NCBI RefSeq assembly: GCF_009914755.1
Contig: NC_060935.1
DNA: 64,000 nucleotides
Direction: 5' to 3' (one strand)
Source: the human T2T-CHM13v2.0 reference genome, Homo sapiens
Shown here piece by piece: positions 14,933 to 28,376 of the stretch. Below the pieces are notes generated by a model that saw only the letters and a program-made list of their open reading frames with translations, had not been told where the DNA came from and did no database searches. The position numbers and the translations under genes are program-made. The number at the start of each line of letters is the position of its first letter. The stretch's first letter is position 1.

Positions 14933-15043
14933 GCAAGTGCCGCTGGAAAATCAATTTTTAACAAAACATTCATTGCGTCCAGTTTATGTTTGACCTTATT
15001 CTGTTTGCCTTCTTTCCTACATTCATTCCATTTTCCCCCTCAG

Positions 15044-15191
15044 GTATGACTTTTATCTGATCAGCCAGGTGGCCTGCCGGGGAACTGTTAGTCCTACCTA
15101 CTATAATGTCATCTATGATGACAACGGCTTGAAGCCCGACCATATGCAGAGACTTACATTCAAATTGTGCCACCTGTACTACAACTGGCCG
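15044..15191 (+). CDS. PIWIL4: PIWIL4 coding exon ([26 protein letters not shown]...LCHLYYNWP)
   Basis: ccccctcag| acceptor, CCG|gtgagt donor; 148 nt, phase 2/0; PIWI motifs [21 protein letters not shown]. Confidence 0.96.
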
Positions 15192-15922
15192 GTGAGTGAA
15201 AGCTGTTTACTTAATGTAAATATGATACTCAAGAGTCCCACCTAGGAATTATCATACACGTCATCTTTGTATCCCTAGATATAGCACAATACCTGATATT
15301 TCCTAAAGAAGGAATGAATGAATGAATGAATCAATGAATGAATCACTTCTTGAGTCCACAGTGGGAGGAAAGCAGTCTATCATAGAAACAAAATAACAAT
15401 AACTATTATAATACATTAATAGTTACAGTTTCTAGACGACTTTGTTATATACATTATCTTATGCAAACCTGGGAGGAAATCAGGGTATTGTTATTTACAT
15501 GTTACAGATGAAGAAATTGAAGCCAACTCAGATGTGCCTGGTGGGGAAGTGTTAACAGGCCTGGGTCTGCCCTTTGTTCCTGTGCATTAGGCCAAGAGCT
15601 GTTCCCAAAGGCCAAGCCCAAGGTTTGCACGAAGCTCCTCCAAGGAGTTCCAAACTTGAGATCACAGGACAAAGACTAGTCTGAAGTGTGATGGCTCCCT
15701 ACTCCCAGCACCATGAAGCCAGAGTGACTTTTCACTCCATCCTCCCCAGTGAGCTTAAGTTCCCAGTAAGTTAGGTTACCTTTTGTTGGTTGAGGTTACC
15801 TGTTGTTTACCCAGAAGCCCATTCTATTATCTGTGTAACCAGTAGACAAAGTAAAATCAGAAAAAATCTCTTTGAAGAACAAGGTAATCTCTTAATTATT
15901 ATCAATACTTTTTTCTCCTCAG

Positions 15923-16039
15923 GGCATAGTCAGTGTCCCAGCACCATGTCAGTATGCTCACAAGCTGACCTTTCTGGTGGCACAAAGCATTCATAAAGAA
16001 CCCAGTCTGGAATTAGCCAACCATCTCTTCTACCTGTGA
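15923..16039 (+). CDS. PIWIL4: PIWIL4 last coding exon ([38 protein letters not shown])
   Basis: ctcctcag| acceptor; 39 codons including TGA at 16037-16039; canonical Piwi C-terminus [10 protein letters not shown]...LFYL. Confidence 0.97.
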   Translation, partial: GIVSVPAPCQYAHKLTFLVAQSIHKEPSLELANHLFYL

Positions 16040-16467
16040 TGGCATGAACTACTGGCATCACTAGATGGACAATCCAAGAAGAAATTGGTATACTTTGTGC
16101 AAATCTGCCATAAGCTCAAGGCTGTGACTGGGGAAAAAGATTGAGCTTAGTTTTCATGTCTAGGAAAAAAAGCAAAACAACTTAATCTGAAACAGTTTTA
16201 AAAAATGTGTGTTATTTTGTTTTAAAGAGTTGTATGCTTGGGGTAAATTTTCATTGTCATATGTGGAATTTAAATATACCATCATCTACAAAGAATTCCA
16301 CAGAGTTAAATATCTTAAGTTAAACACTTAAAATAAGTGTTTGCGTGATATTTTGATGACAGATAAACAGAGTCTAATTCCCACCCCAAATTTTGCTGAG
16401 GTTTTCTTAATGTTGTAGAGCATTTTGTAGAGTGGTTTAAATAGTTGAAAATAAAGTTCAGAACATC
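16040..16467 (+). other. PIWIL4: PIWIL4 3' UTR (3' end approximate)
   Basis: Unique AT-rich sequence between the stop codon and the AATAAA/GT-rich region. Confidence 0.75.
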
Positions 16468-16490
16468 ATGTGTTTATTGTTATTTGAATT
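16450..16490 (+). terminator. Polyadenylation signal AATAAA with downstream GT/T-rich element
   Basis: AATAAA at 16450-16455, CA dinucleotides shortly downstream, then tgtgtttattgttatttg. Confidence 0.8.
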
Positions 16491-16649
16491 TTACGTTGAT
16501 ATTACATGTGAACCTCATAATTGAAGTATTTTCAGCAAAACCTCTTACCCACTAGAGCACATCACCATTAATCTTTGAGTTCTATTTCGGAAACTGAGCT
16601 GATCACTTGCTCTCTTGATGGGACTTTATTTCACTTAATAGCAGCTTCT

Positions 16650-17330
16650 CCCAGTGATGACCTTGCTTCCTATTTACTGATAAAAAGGAAGCTATCAGAA
16701 GAGAACTTTTGCAAACCTCTCGTTATCTCTACCTTCACCTAACGGCATCTGTACCCATAGACTCTGCCTGCCCTTCCCTTTATTATGAGTGCAGCATGTC
16801 TGTTCCTATAAGGCGCTCCACCTCTGTACTAAATCTCATTCCCTCTGACCTGTGAAGGATGCTGCTCTAGCAGTTCTCCCTTCTCCTTTCTGCATCATCA
16901 GTTTTCTCTCTCACTACTGGCTCATTCTCACTGGCATTATAAATATGCTGTTATTTCTCTCATCTTAAAAAGCCATTTCCTCTAGCTTCCACCCCATTGC
17001 CTGGCACTTCTTTACAGGAAAAACATCGCAAAAGAAGAGTCTGTGCTTGATGTATCCAATTCTGTATTCCAATCACAATTTCACCACAACCACTACAGCA
17101 AACTTGCCTTAGTCAACACCACCAATAACCTCCACTTTGCTAAATCCAATGGTCACCTCTTGGTCCTTGTCTTGCTTGACCCAGTCAATCATTTCCTCCC
17201 TCTGAGACATTCTTTATTTGGCCTGTAGAATAACACTCTCCTGATTTCTCTCCTACTGCATATTGATCACTCATGCTGTCTCCTTTTGTGGCTTTTCCTC
17301 ATCTTCTCAACCTTTTCATGTTGGAATGCC
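16650..17330 (+). mobile_element. L2 fragment
   Basis: 'caccaataacctccactttgctaaatccaatgg' L2 ORF2-like segment. Confidence 0.7.
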
Positions 17331-17875
17331 CCAGGAATGAGAATACAGCTACATGCAAAAGATATTTTGATGAGGGATAGATCAGAGTTCAAATTCTGCT
17401 TACCACGGGAAGGTCTGTGGAAGTCTGCAACAAAGGGTGGCAGGAGAGTGGCAAGTGCTCTCTGGGGACAAGGGAAGCAGGCCACAGGAGGGATGCCAAT
17501 GCACAGGTTACATCACTTTGCACTGAAAATATTCTTTTCCTATTTGAGAGTTTTGTCCAGACATAGTAGAAATGCACCCAACAGGGGTCTACCAATAATA
17601 GGATAACCATTTTGTGAAGCATGAGGGTGGAGGGGACTTAATAAGTTTCAGGGCCAGTGCCATGCCTACATATACACATTTAATCTCCACAAGAACTGTA
17701 TAAATTAGGTTATAATGACCATTTCAGATGGTAAAGCTGGGGATTAAAGATACCACGTGACTCACTGAAGTTTATGAGATTAATAAATTGTGGAGCTAGA
17801 ATTTGTCCTCAGGTTTGTTTGCAAAACCTGTAAGATGAACCAAAAGAGTCTACACCCTTGATAAAAGATACTCTA

Positions 17876-18101
<226 letters not shown>

Positions 18102-18571
18102 AAAGATGGCATTATATAGCAAGTCTTTGGAGACAAGGCACTGATCCAATTCAAGGTGGTGGGTTTTGTTTTTGTTTATCTTGTTGTTTTCTTCCTTCAA
18201 AGTAGAACGGTGATATAAATCCCCACTACCTAACCAGCCAGCTTGTATAAATCCACACGAAACATTTTGATTAGGCAATACAACCTTCTGCAGAGCGCCC
18301 ACCCACCCTTTTAAGTACTGCCCCAGGAAATGACTTCTTACCCCTTTAACCCACCAGAGGGCACACAAGGACTGCTGTGTGAATAGAGTCCTTCATCATG
18401 GCAGTGTCATAGGCTTCAACAAACAATTTCAGGTAAACTCCTAGAGGGCAACATGGGACTAAGAAATCTTCATATGAGCTCTGGTTCCAGCACGTTTGGT
18501 TGTCAGATGTGATAACTTCACTTTCTGGGACTCAGTTACCCAATCTGTAATATGAGAGGGCTTGGACAAGA

Positions 18572-18759
18572 CCAGTGGTGCCTAATCTTGAGAAGATTAG
18601 AAGTTCCCATGTTTAAAAGCTTTAGAACAAAAAAATAGAGATGCCTGGGTCTACCTCTCAAAATAGTGATTTAAATGGTCTGAGATGGGGCCTGATCATC
18701 CGAATATTTTAAAAGTTCTCGAAATGGTTCTGATGTTCAGCCAGGGCTGAGGAATACTG
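18572..18759. mobile_element. MER5A-like hAT/Charlie MITE
   Basis: cagtggt...actg termini; 'ggtctgagatggggcctg', 'ttctgatgttcagccagggctgag'. Confidence 0.7.
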
Positions 18760-18884
18760 GTTTAGATAATATATGAGACCTATTTCAGCTTCACGTTATG
18801 TGATTGCCACCTCTCACATGCATTAATTAGTTTTCCTTAGGCTACCAAGGACAAAGAGGAAAGGGAGCCTGTGCCAGGCTTCAG

Positions 18885-19070
18885 AGCAGCACTGGATTTG
18901 AATCCTAGAACCACCACTTATAGTCGTGTGACATTGGGCAAGTTACTTAACCTCTCTGAGCCTCAGTGTATCTACTTGTAAAAATGTCTAACAATGTCTG
19001 CATTGTAGAGTTATTGTAAGGATTAGAAATGTCAAATCTGAAGTATCTGGCCTTAATAAAGGGTATCATC
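18885..19070 (+). mobile_element. MIR
   Basis: 'ttgggcaagttacttaacctctctgagcctcag'. Confidence 0.8.
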
Positions 19071-19322
19071 TTATTAGACCTGAGGAGAGGAAATGAATCA
19101 AATGGCACAATTTAGTTAACAAATAGTTATGGGTTTCTATTATGTGCCAGGCACTGTACTAGATTCTGAATTCTACAATTCTACTTAAGGGAAAGCTTAA
19201 TATTGTCTCTAGAAATAAACAATCTACCAGTTCCTATTTTATAGAAAGGATTTTGTAGTTTTTCTTTTATTTTGAGAACTGAGGGAGAGACTCTGGAAGA
19301 AAGTATACTTTAAATACATTTC

Positions 19323-20192
19323 TGTGGCCACCATGGAGTGGCCCATCAGATTATCCTTTAAAAGAACCTTCTGCAAGGAGCATAGTTGGCTGACAGCCTC
19401 TAAATGCTACAGCTTCAGGATCCACCACAGGGGTGATGAGACCATACCCTCCCCAGACTGATTCTAGCCCATTACTGAGCACAGGAGAGGTAATAGATCT
19501 GGGTTGTTTCTGCCCAACATGGGACTCCACTATTAGTCTCTGATAGGTAATATGCTGTGTTTAGCTCTGTGTCCCCACCCAAAGCTTATGTTGAATTGTA
19601 ATCCCCATGTGTTGGAGGAGTGGCCTGGTGAGAGGTGATTAAACCATGAGGGTGGATTGCCCCCTTGCTGTTTTCATGATAGTGAGTTCTTACCATATCT
19701 CGTTGTTTGAAAATGTGTAGCACTTCCCCCTTCTCTCTCTCTCTCTCTCCTGCTGCCATGTGAAGATGTCCTTGCTCCCTTTTTGGCCTTCTGCCATGAT
19801 TGTAAGTTTTTTGAGGCCTCCCCAGCCATGCCTCCTGCACAGCCTGTGGAACTGTGAGTCAATTAAATCTCTTTTCTTTTTCTTCATAAATTACCCAGTC
19901 TCAGGTAGTTCTTTACAGCAGTGTGAGAATAGACTTAACACAGTAGGGGAACCCACTTTGTCTTGACCAAGGTTTTCTAAGAACTGCACTAAAGTTTTGA
20001 GCTTTTTCTACTGATCCTCTTTCCTTCCCACTCCGTTTCATGTATTTCAGATTAGCACTGAGGTCTTAAGGCCCTCCCTAGTCACTCCTACTTCCTCTCA
20101 CCAGTATTCTTCACAGGTGTTTCTCCCAGTAAATCTTCTGAATGCTTAATTCTGTCTTGCTGTGTGCTTCTTAAGGGACCCAAACTGACACA
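19323..20192 (+). mobile_element. LTR16-family (ERVL) solo LTR interrupted by MSTA
   Basis: 3' end 'tctgtcttgctgtgtgcttcttaagggacccaaactgacaca' typical of LTR16. Confidence 0.65.
19553..19942 (+). mobile_element. MSTA-like MaLR solo LTR
   Basis: 'tgtgtccccacccaaa...gaattgtaatcccc', 'ataaattacccagtctcaggtagttcttta'. Confidence 0.85.
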
Positions 20193-20331
20193 ACTTTCTT
20201 CCCTATTAAATGACTCTTTACCTTTTAATAAAAATAAGTCTATTTTTAATCTTAAGCATTTTATCAACCACAACATAAAACATTTTTAAAAACCTTTTAC
20301 CTAGAGATATCATAACTTTTTAAATACTAGG

Positions 20332-22623
20332 TGTATTAGTCCGTTTTCACACTGCTGATAAAGACATACCTGAGACTGGGCAATTTATAGAAAAGAGGTT
20401 TAATTGGACTTACAGTTCCACGTGGCTGGGGAAGCCTCACAATCATGGTGGAAGGCAAGGAGAAGCATGTCACCTTACATGGATGGCAGCAGGCAAAGAG
20501 AGAGCTTGTGCAGGGGAACCCCTCTTTTTAAAACCATCAGATCTCATGAGACTTTTTCACTGTCACAAGAACAGCATGGGAAAGACTTGCTCCCATGATT
20601 CAATTACCTTCTATTGGGTACCTCCCACAACATGTGGGAATTCAAGATAAGATTTGGGTGGGAACACAGCCAAACCATATCATTCCGCCCCTGGCCCCTC
20701 CCAAATTTGATATCTTCACATTTCAAAACCAATCGTGCCCTCCCAACAGTTCCCCAAAGTCTCAACTCAATTCAGCATTAACTCAAAAGTCCTCAGTCCA
20801 AAGTGTCATACAAGACAAGGCAAGTCCCTTCCGCCTATGAGCCAGTAAAATCAAAGGCAAGTTAGTTACTTCCTAGATACAATGGGGATACAGGCATTGG
20901 ATAAATACAGCCTTTCCAAATGGGAGAAATTGGCCAAAACAAAGGGGCTACAGGCCCCATGCCAGTCCAGAAATCCAGTGGGGCAGTCAGATCTTAAAGC
21001 TCCAAAATGATCTCCTTTGACTCCATGTCTCACATCCAGGTCATGTTGATGCAAGAGGTAGGTTCCCACAGTCTTCAGCAGCTCCACCCCTGTGGCTTTG
21101 CAGGGTAAAGCCCCCCTCCTGTTGCTTGCACAGGCTGGCATTGTATGCAGCTTTTCCAGGTGCACAGTGCAAGCTGTGGTGGATCTACAATTCTAGGGTC
21201 TGGAGGATAGGATAGTGGTCCTCTTCTCACAGCTCCACTAGGCAGTGCCCCAGTAGGGACTCTGTGTCGGGGCTCCAATCCCACATTTTCCTTCTGCACT
21301 GCCCTAGCAGAGGTTCTCTGAGAGCCTTAGCCCTGCATACAACTTCTGCCTGGGCATCCAGGCATTTCAATACAACTTCTGAAATCTAGGCAGAGGTTCC
21401 CAAACCTCAATTTTTGACTTCTATGCACTCACAGGCTCAATATCACGTGAAAGCTGCCAAGGCTTGAGGCTTGCACTCCCTGAAGCCATGGCCTGAGCTC
21501 TACGTTGGCTCCTTTCAGCCACAGCTGGAGTGACTGGGACACAGGGCACCAAGTCCCTAGGCTGCAGACAGCACAGGGACCCTGGGCCTCACCCACAAAA
21601 CCACTTTTTCCTTCTAGGCCTCCAAGACTGTGCTAGGAGGGGCTGTGGCAAAGATCTCTGGCATGTCCTGGAGACATTTTCCCCGTTGTCTTGGTGATTA
21701 ACATTCAGCTTCTCATTATTTACACAAATTTCTGTAGCTGGCTTGAATTTTTCTTCAGAAAATGGGATTTTCTTTTCTATTGCATTGTCAAGCTGCAAAT
21801 TTTTCAAATGTTTATTCTCTGTTTCCCTTTCAAAACTGAATGCCTTTAGCAGCACCCAACTAACCTCTTGAATGCTTTGCTGCTTAGAAATTTCTTCCAC
21901 CAGATGCCCTAAATCATCTCTCTCAAGTTCAAAGTTCCACAAATCTCTAGGGCAGGGATAAAATGCCGCCAGTCTCTTTGCTAAATCATAACAAGAGTCA
22001 CCTTTGTTCTAGTTCCCAACAAGTTCCTCATCTCCATCTGAGACCACCTCAGCCTGGACCTTATTGTCCATATCACTATGAGCATTTTGGGCAGAGCCAT
22101 TCAACAAGTCTCTAGGGGGTTCCAAACCTTCTCACCTTCTCACATTTTCTTGTCTTCTTCTGACCCTTCCAAACTGTTCCAACCTCTGCCTGTTATGCAG
22201 TTCCAAAGTTGCTTCCACATTTTTGGGTATCTTTTCATCAGCACCCCACTTCTGATACCAATTTACTGTATTAGTCCATTTTCACACTGCTGATAAAGAC
22301 ATACTTGAGACTGGGCAATTTACAAAAGAAAGAGGTTTAATTGGACTTACAGTTTCCATGTGGCTGGGGAAGCCTCACAATCATGGTGGAAGGCAAGGAG
22401 AAGCAAGTCACGTCTTACATGGATGGCAGCAGGCAAAGAGAGAGAGCTTGTACAGGGGAACGTCTCCTTTTATAACTGTCAGATCTCATGAGACTCATTC
22501 ACTGTCACAAGAACAGCATGAGAAAGACTTGCACCCATGATTCAATTACTCCCACCAGGTCCCTCTCACAACACGTGGGAATTCAAGATAAGATTTGGGT
22601 GGGGACAAAGGCAAACCATATCA
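20332..22623 (-). mobile_element. Full-length THE1A MaLR element (LTRs 20332-20682 and 22267-22623, internal 20683-22266)
   Basis: Two ~350-bp direct LTRs (tgtattagtcc...aaaccatatca) around a ~1.6-kb THE1-int; THE1A-type 'atggatggcagcaggcaaagagag' and 'gtgggaattcaagat'. Confidence 0.92.
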
Positions 22624-23773
22624 CTGGCTTTGAGTTAACAATTTCCTTTGGGAAAATTTACTCTTAAATCTTTCTAACACACTTCAAGATCTCAGACATG
22701 AAATGTAAACAACTTTTGAGAGCTGTTGTCAAAAGGCTGTATGTTGCACTGTTAACCTGTATGTTGCACTTTCATCTGACCCAGGGCCCACTGGCCAAGA
22801 ATAATCCAACAGCTCCTACTGGAAGATAAGGAAAGGACTTATTTTGAAGGGACAGAGGATGAGGAGGACTAAAGAATTTATGACTGAATCAATATCCTTC
22901 CAATTTATTGGGAAAGCTTTTTTCAAAAAATCATTGACTTTAAAATTATAAAAATAATAGATCTGTAGTATGGAATATTTGAAAAGCACAGAAAAGTATG
23001 AAGAGATAAAGAAAAATATCACCAACACAGCTAGGAATTTGAAACCTAGAAAATCTATCTCGATGTAGGGATTTGAGAAATATTAACTATTTATGGTTTT
23101 AATTTCCTTTCATTTAACTCTGTAAATCTATCTATATTACATTTTAGTGTAAAGTGAGAATCTAAACTATTTTTTCCAAGTAATTTTGGAAAAAAATTGG
23201 TGGACTAAAAAAGAAAGTAGAAATTCTAAAAATGAAAAAAATATTTGAAGTAAAAATTTCAAGAGATTTGTTAAGCAGTAGACTAAAAACAGATGAACAG
23301 AAAATTAGTAAATTGGGAGGCAGACTTTAGGAACTCACTTAGAATGCAGTAGATAGACATTGAGTGTAAAAGTAGACACCCACCACAGATTTGGTAGGTG
23401 TTCCTGATACAGAAAATATCAAGAATGAGATAGGAATCAATTCTTAAATAGACAATGCTTGAAAGTGTTCCAACATTGAAATACACACTCTTAGAATGAA
23501 AAAAAAATCACAAGTAGAATAAATAAGAATTTTCATACCTAATACATTGTCATAACATTGCATAACATCAACTATAAACGGAAAAGCTTAAGATTTCAAG
23601 GAAGAAATGCAGACTTGCAGACTGCCTGCAAAGAAGAAATTACACTGTGTAGGCTTAATGTTACAAGAAAAGATAAGAAAAAATGAAATAATATCTTTAA
23701 AGTCCTGAGGGGAAAGAATAATGAAGCTAGAACTTTATGTGAAACTAAATGATGTTTGAAGACTGAGTGATAA

Positions 23774-24076
<303 letters not shown>

Positions 24077-24226
24077 AAGTGAGTGATATATTTAAAAATT
24101 CAAATATAATAAGAGTTTACTGCCCACAGCCCTTGCTGAAAGAACTACTAAAGAATGTACCTCAGCAGAACAAAAAATAAACCCATTGAATAAAGGATGG
24201 GTGAGCAAAGAAACCACTAAATATGA

Positions 24227-24579
<353 letters not shown>

Positions 24580-24821
24580 TTAATAAAATTTAGAAATCAG
24601 CATGGGCAATACAAGCACATAACACAAGCAAGATGATAGCATTTAGAGGGAAGCTAAAGTGAGCTCAAGTCTTTATGTTGTTAGAAAGGATATTAGAGAT
24701 TCTAACTTTACATTTGATTAGAATATAGTAAAGTTAAATATGTATGTGATTATTTTCTAAAAGAATGAAGGCACCATCTATAACTTTGAATTCAGTGGAA
24801 GGAAAATAAAGAGGATAAGGA

Positions 24822-25607
24822 TTGTTGAAAGAATAACTTTAGACAAATTAAATTTAACAAAGTTTGTTTGAACAAAGAATGTATCTGGCAGCACTCAGAA
24901 CCAGAAGAGATTCACAGAGCTCCACCCAGCAGTTGAGTGGCCAGCTTTTATAGGCCAAATATGAAGCAAAGTTGAGAAATCACCTGATCAGCTAGGCTTT
25001 TGCCTTATGTGGCATGAACTGATTCATGATTAGCTGTGATTGGCTGAAGCTCAGCTGCTTCTGATTGGCTGAAACTCTGCTATATTTATTACAAAAATAT
25101 ATCGTTGACCCTTGAAAAATGTGGGGTTTGGAGCTTCAGCCTCTCACACAACTGAAAGTTCCCATATAAATTTTGACTCCCCCAAAAGTTAACAGCCTAC
25201 TCTTGACCAGAAGCCTTATGAATAACAAAGTCTGTTAACACGTATGTTGTTTGCTATACGTACTATCTACTGTATTCTTACAATAAACTAGAGAAGATAA
25301 AATGTTATTAAGAAAATCATAAGGAAGAGAAAAATACGGTTACTGTTCATAAAGTGGAAGTGGGTCATTATAAGTTCTTTATCCTTGTCATCTTCATGCT
25401 GAGTAGGCTGAGAAGGAAGGAAGAGGAGGGGTTGGTGTTGTTTTTTCAGGGGTGGCGGAAGTGGAAGAAAATCCATGTTTAAGTGGACCCACTCAGTTCA
25501 AACCCTTGCTGCTCAAGAGTCAACTGTAGTTAGGTTGTGGTTTCTTACACAGGATCTCGAAGTACACAGCCAGCCTCAGGCTAATGGACTGCTTATTTGA
25601 TTTACTG
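24822..25607 (-). mobile_element. ERV1 MER4-group solo LTR (MER93-like) split by Tigger2
   Basis: 'actttagacaaattaaatttaaca' terminus, paired gattggctga (CCAAT) boxes; resumes after 25526. Confidence 0.5.
25102..25526. mobile_element. Tigger2a-like (TcMar-Tigger) element
   Basis: TIRs gttgacccttgaa...tcaagagtcaactg, TA target duplication on both sides. Confidence 0.8.
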
Positions 25608-25859
25608 GGATACTATCAATTCAATAGAGGAAAAGAGAAGAGGGGGAGCAAAGAAAAAAGAATATGATAAATATGAAATACCAAATAAGATGACATATAT
25701 ACACTTACAAATATAATCAATGTTAATAAATGTAAAATATTAATTTTACTTATTGGAGACTGTGAGAGTGGATCTAAAAATCTATATATTGTATATAAGA
25801 GACTCATCTAAAATGAAAAACATAGAAAGGTTATAAGTAAAAAAATAGGAAAAGATATA

Positions 25860-26095
25860 CAGTTGAGCATGAAACAACTTTTTTGAGCTGTATGGATCCA
25901 CTTATATGCAATTTTTTTTCAAACAAATGCAGACTGAAGATACAGTATTCTCAGGATGTGAAACCTATGTATACAGAGGGCCAACTTTTTGTATTCATAG
26001 ATTCTGCAGGGCCAACTGTGAAACTTGAGTATGCTTGGATTTCAGAATATGTGGGGGTCCTGGAGCCAATTCCCCACATATTCCAGGGATGACTG
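25860..26095. mobile_element. MER8 (Tigger2-derived MITE)
   Basis: cagttga...gactg termini, TA flanks, ~236 bp. Confidence 0.8.
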
Positions 26096-28060
26096 TACTT
26101 TGAATAAATAGTTAAAATAAAGCTGGGATAGCAATATCAAATGAAATTGAATTTAAGGGTGAAAGTAAGGACATTATATATTTATAAAAGTAGCAAAAAC
26201 AAAGCCCCAGAAGATATAGCAATCATGAATTATTGCATATGTTTTAACTATAGCTTTGAAACACAAAAGTAAAACTGCAAGGATTACAAAGAGAAACTTA
26301 CCAACTTTTTAAATCCACAAGTAAACAGGGAGACTTTAATATGTATCTCTTAAAAATTGGCCAAAAAGACATGATTATTAGAAATTATATAGATTTGAAA
26401 AAGCTGTTAGCAAACATGATTTAAGAGACACAAAGCAATTCTCCACAAATTCCAAATAATTGATAGTATATAGACACATTGAGGGAAACAGTTTATGGCT
26501 TAAAATAAATCACACTGAAAATTTTTGAAATGAGAAAAGAAGATTAAATAATAAAAAACTTGTAGGGTAAAGTTAAACTGATGTTTACAAGGAAATTTGC
26601 AGTGTTCAATGTGCATACTAGAAAACAAAAGAAGACTGAAATTTATTTAACCAAACAACTAACTAAAAGATGCTACAGAGCAATAGGGAAAAACCCAAGG
26701 GGAAAAAAAGGAAATAACAATAATATAATATATCAGTGAAAAATAACATGAATTTTAAAACCCAATAGAAATTATGGGAAAAAGAACAAAATCTGATTTT
26801 TTTTGTTTAGTTTTTATTGTGGAAATTTTCAAATACGGATAAAAGTAGAGAATAGTACAATGAACCCAATTTACACTGTTTCAGTAATTACCATACTATG
26901 GACAATCTTCCTTCATATATACTCCCAGCACTCTTCTTACCTTATTATTTTATAGCAAATCCTAGGCATCTTATAACTAAAAACTAGTTTTCTGAGGGTA
27001 AAAACTCAGAAGGGTTTTTAGCAAGATTCATGAATTGAAAAAGAGAAGGCACAAATAAAACAATGTTAGGAATTTAAAAAAGGTGTAGTAAAGACTTCAA
27101 AATATCATGTGAATACTACGACACCCTTATGCCAATAATTTAAAAAATTTTAAATGAAGGTATAATTTTCTAGGAATATGTAAATTAACAAAATTTGCCC
27201 AAGAAAAAATAGAAAAACTTACTATAGTGTGGTAGTTAATAGCATAGATTCTACAACCAGAACTCTTACTGCCTGGGTTCAGTTTTGGCTCTGCTTCTTT
27301 GCCTCAGTTTCCTCAGATGCAAAATAGTAATAATAATTTTACCTAGCTTATAAGACTGTTGTATTGATTAGATTAGTAGTAATTGTAGAAATGCTTAATT
27401 AGAAGGAAGCCTGACATGGTATAGGTGTATCCTATTGCAAATATGGTACTAACAAAATAACAAGAGATTACATCAGTAGTCAACAATGACCTCCCTCAAA
27501 AGAAAACAGAGCCAGAGAGATTTGCAACTGTTTTACTATAGTCAAAGAACTGATAATACCCATGTTATACAAGCTGTTCCAGATAATAGACAAAGACAAA
27601 GCCATTCAACTTATTTTATGAGACAATATAATTTAATCCCAAAACCAGTAAAGACAGTATAAAAAAGAAAACGACATGCCAAGTCACTTGTAAACATCGA
27701 CATAAAAAAAATCTAAGTAAAACATTAGGAAATTCCATTTAGCAGCTTAGAAAAATAGGTTTTAAATAAGACTAAGCATGATTTATTCCAGGAATGCACA
27801 GATTTAACTTTAGAAAATGTATCAATGTAATTTACCACATAGCAGATTAAGAGGCAATCCGTATAATTACTGTAACAGGTACAGACCAAGAATTCAGAAA
27901 AGTTTAGTGCTCATTTGTGATGTAAAAAGACAGTTTCTAACAAAGTATAAATAATAGGAAACTTGATTATCTTTGGCATAAAAAAAGACATCTCACAAAA
28001 ACCTACATTATATAATAAATTTTATTATATATCATCAACTAAGTGTTTAAAAGATTTTCC

Positions 28061-28376
<316 letters not shown>

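Noticed and set aside
15790-15996. 68-aa ORF overlapping the last PIWIL4 exon
   Set aside because: Wrong frame relative to the [10 protein letters not shown] frame; no independent support
20866-21942. ORFs within THE1-int
   Set aside because: Fragments of the decayed MaLR internal ORF, broken by frameshifts
22738-22771. Direct repeat ctgtatgttgcact x2
   Set aside because: A simple local duplication with no further structure
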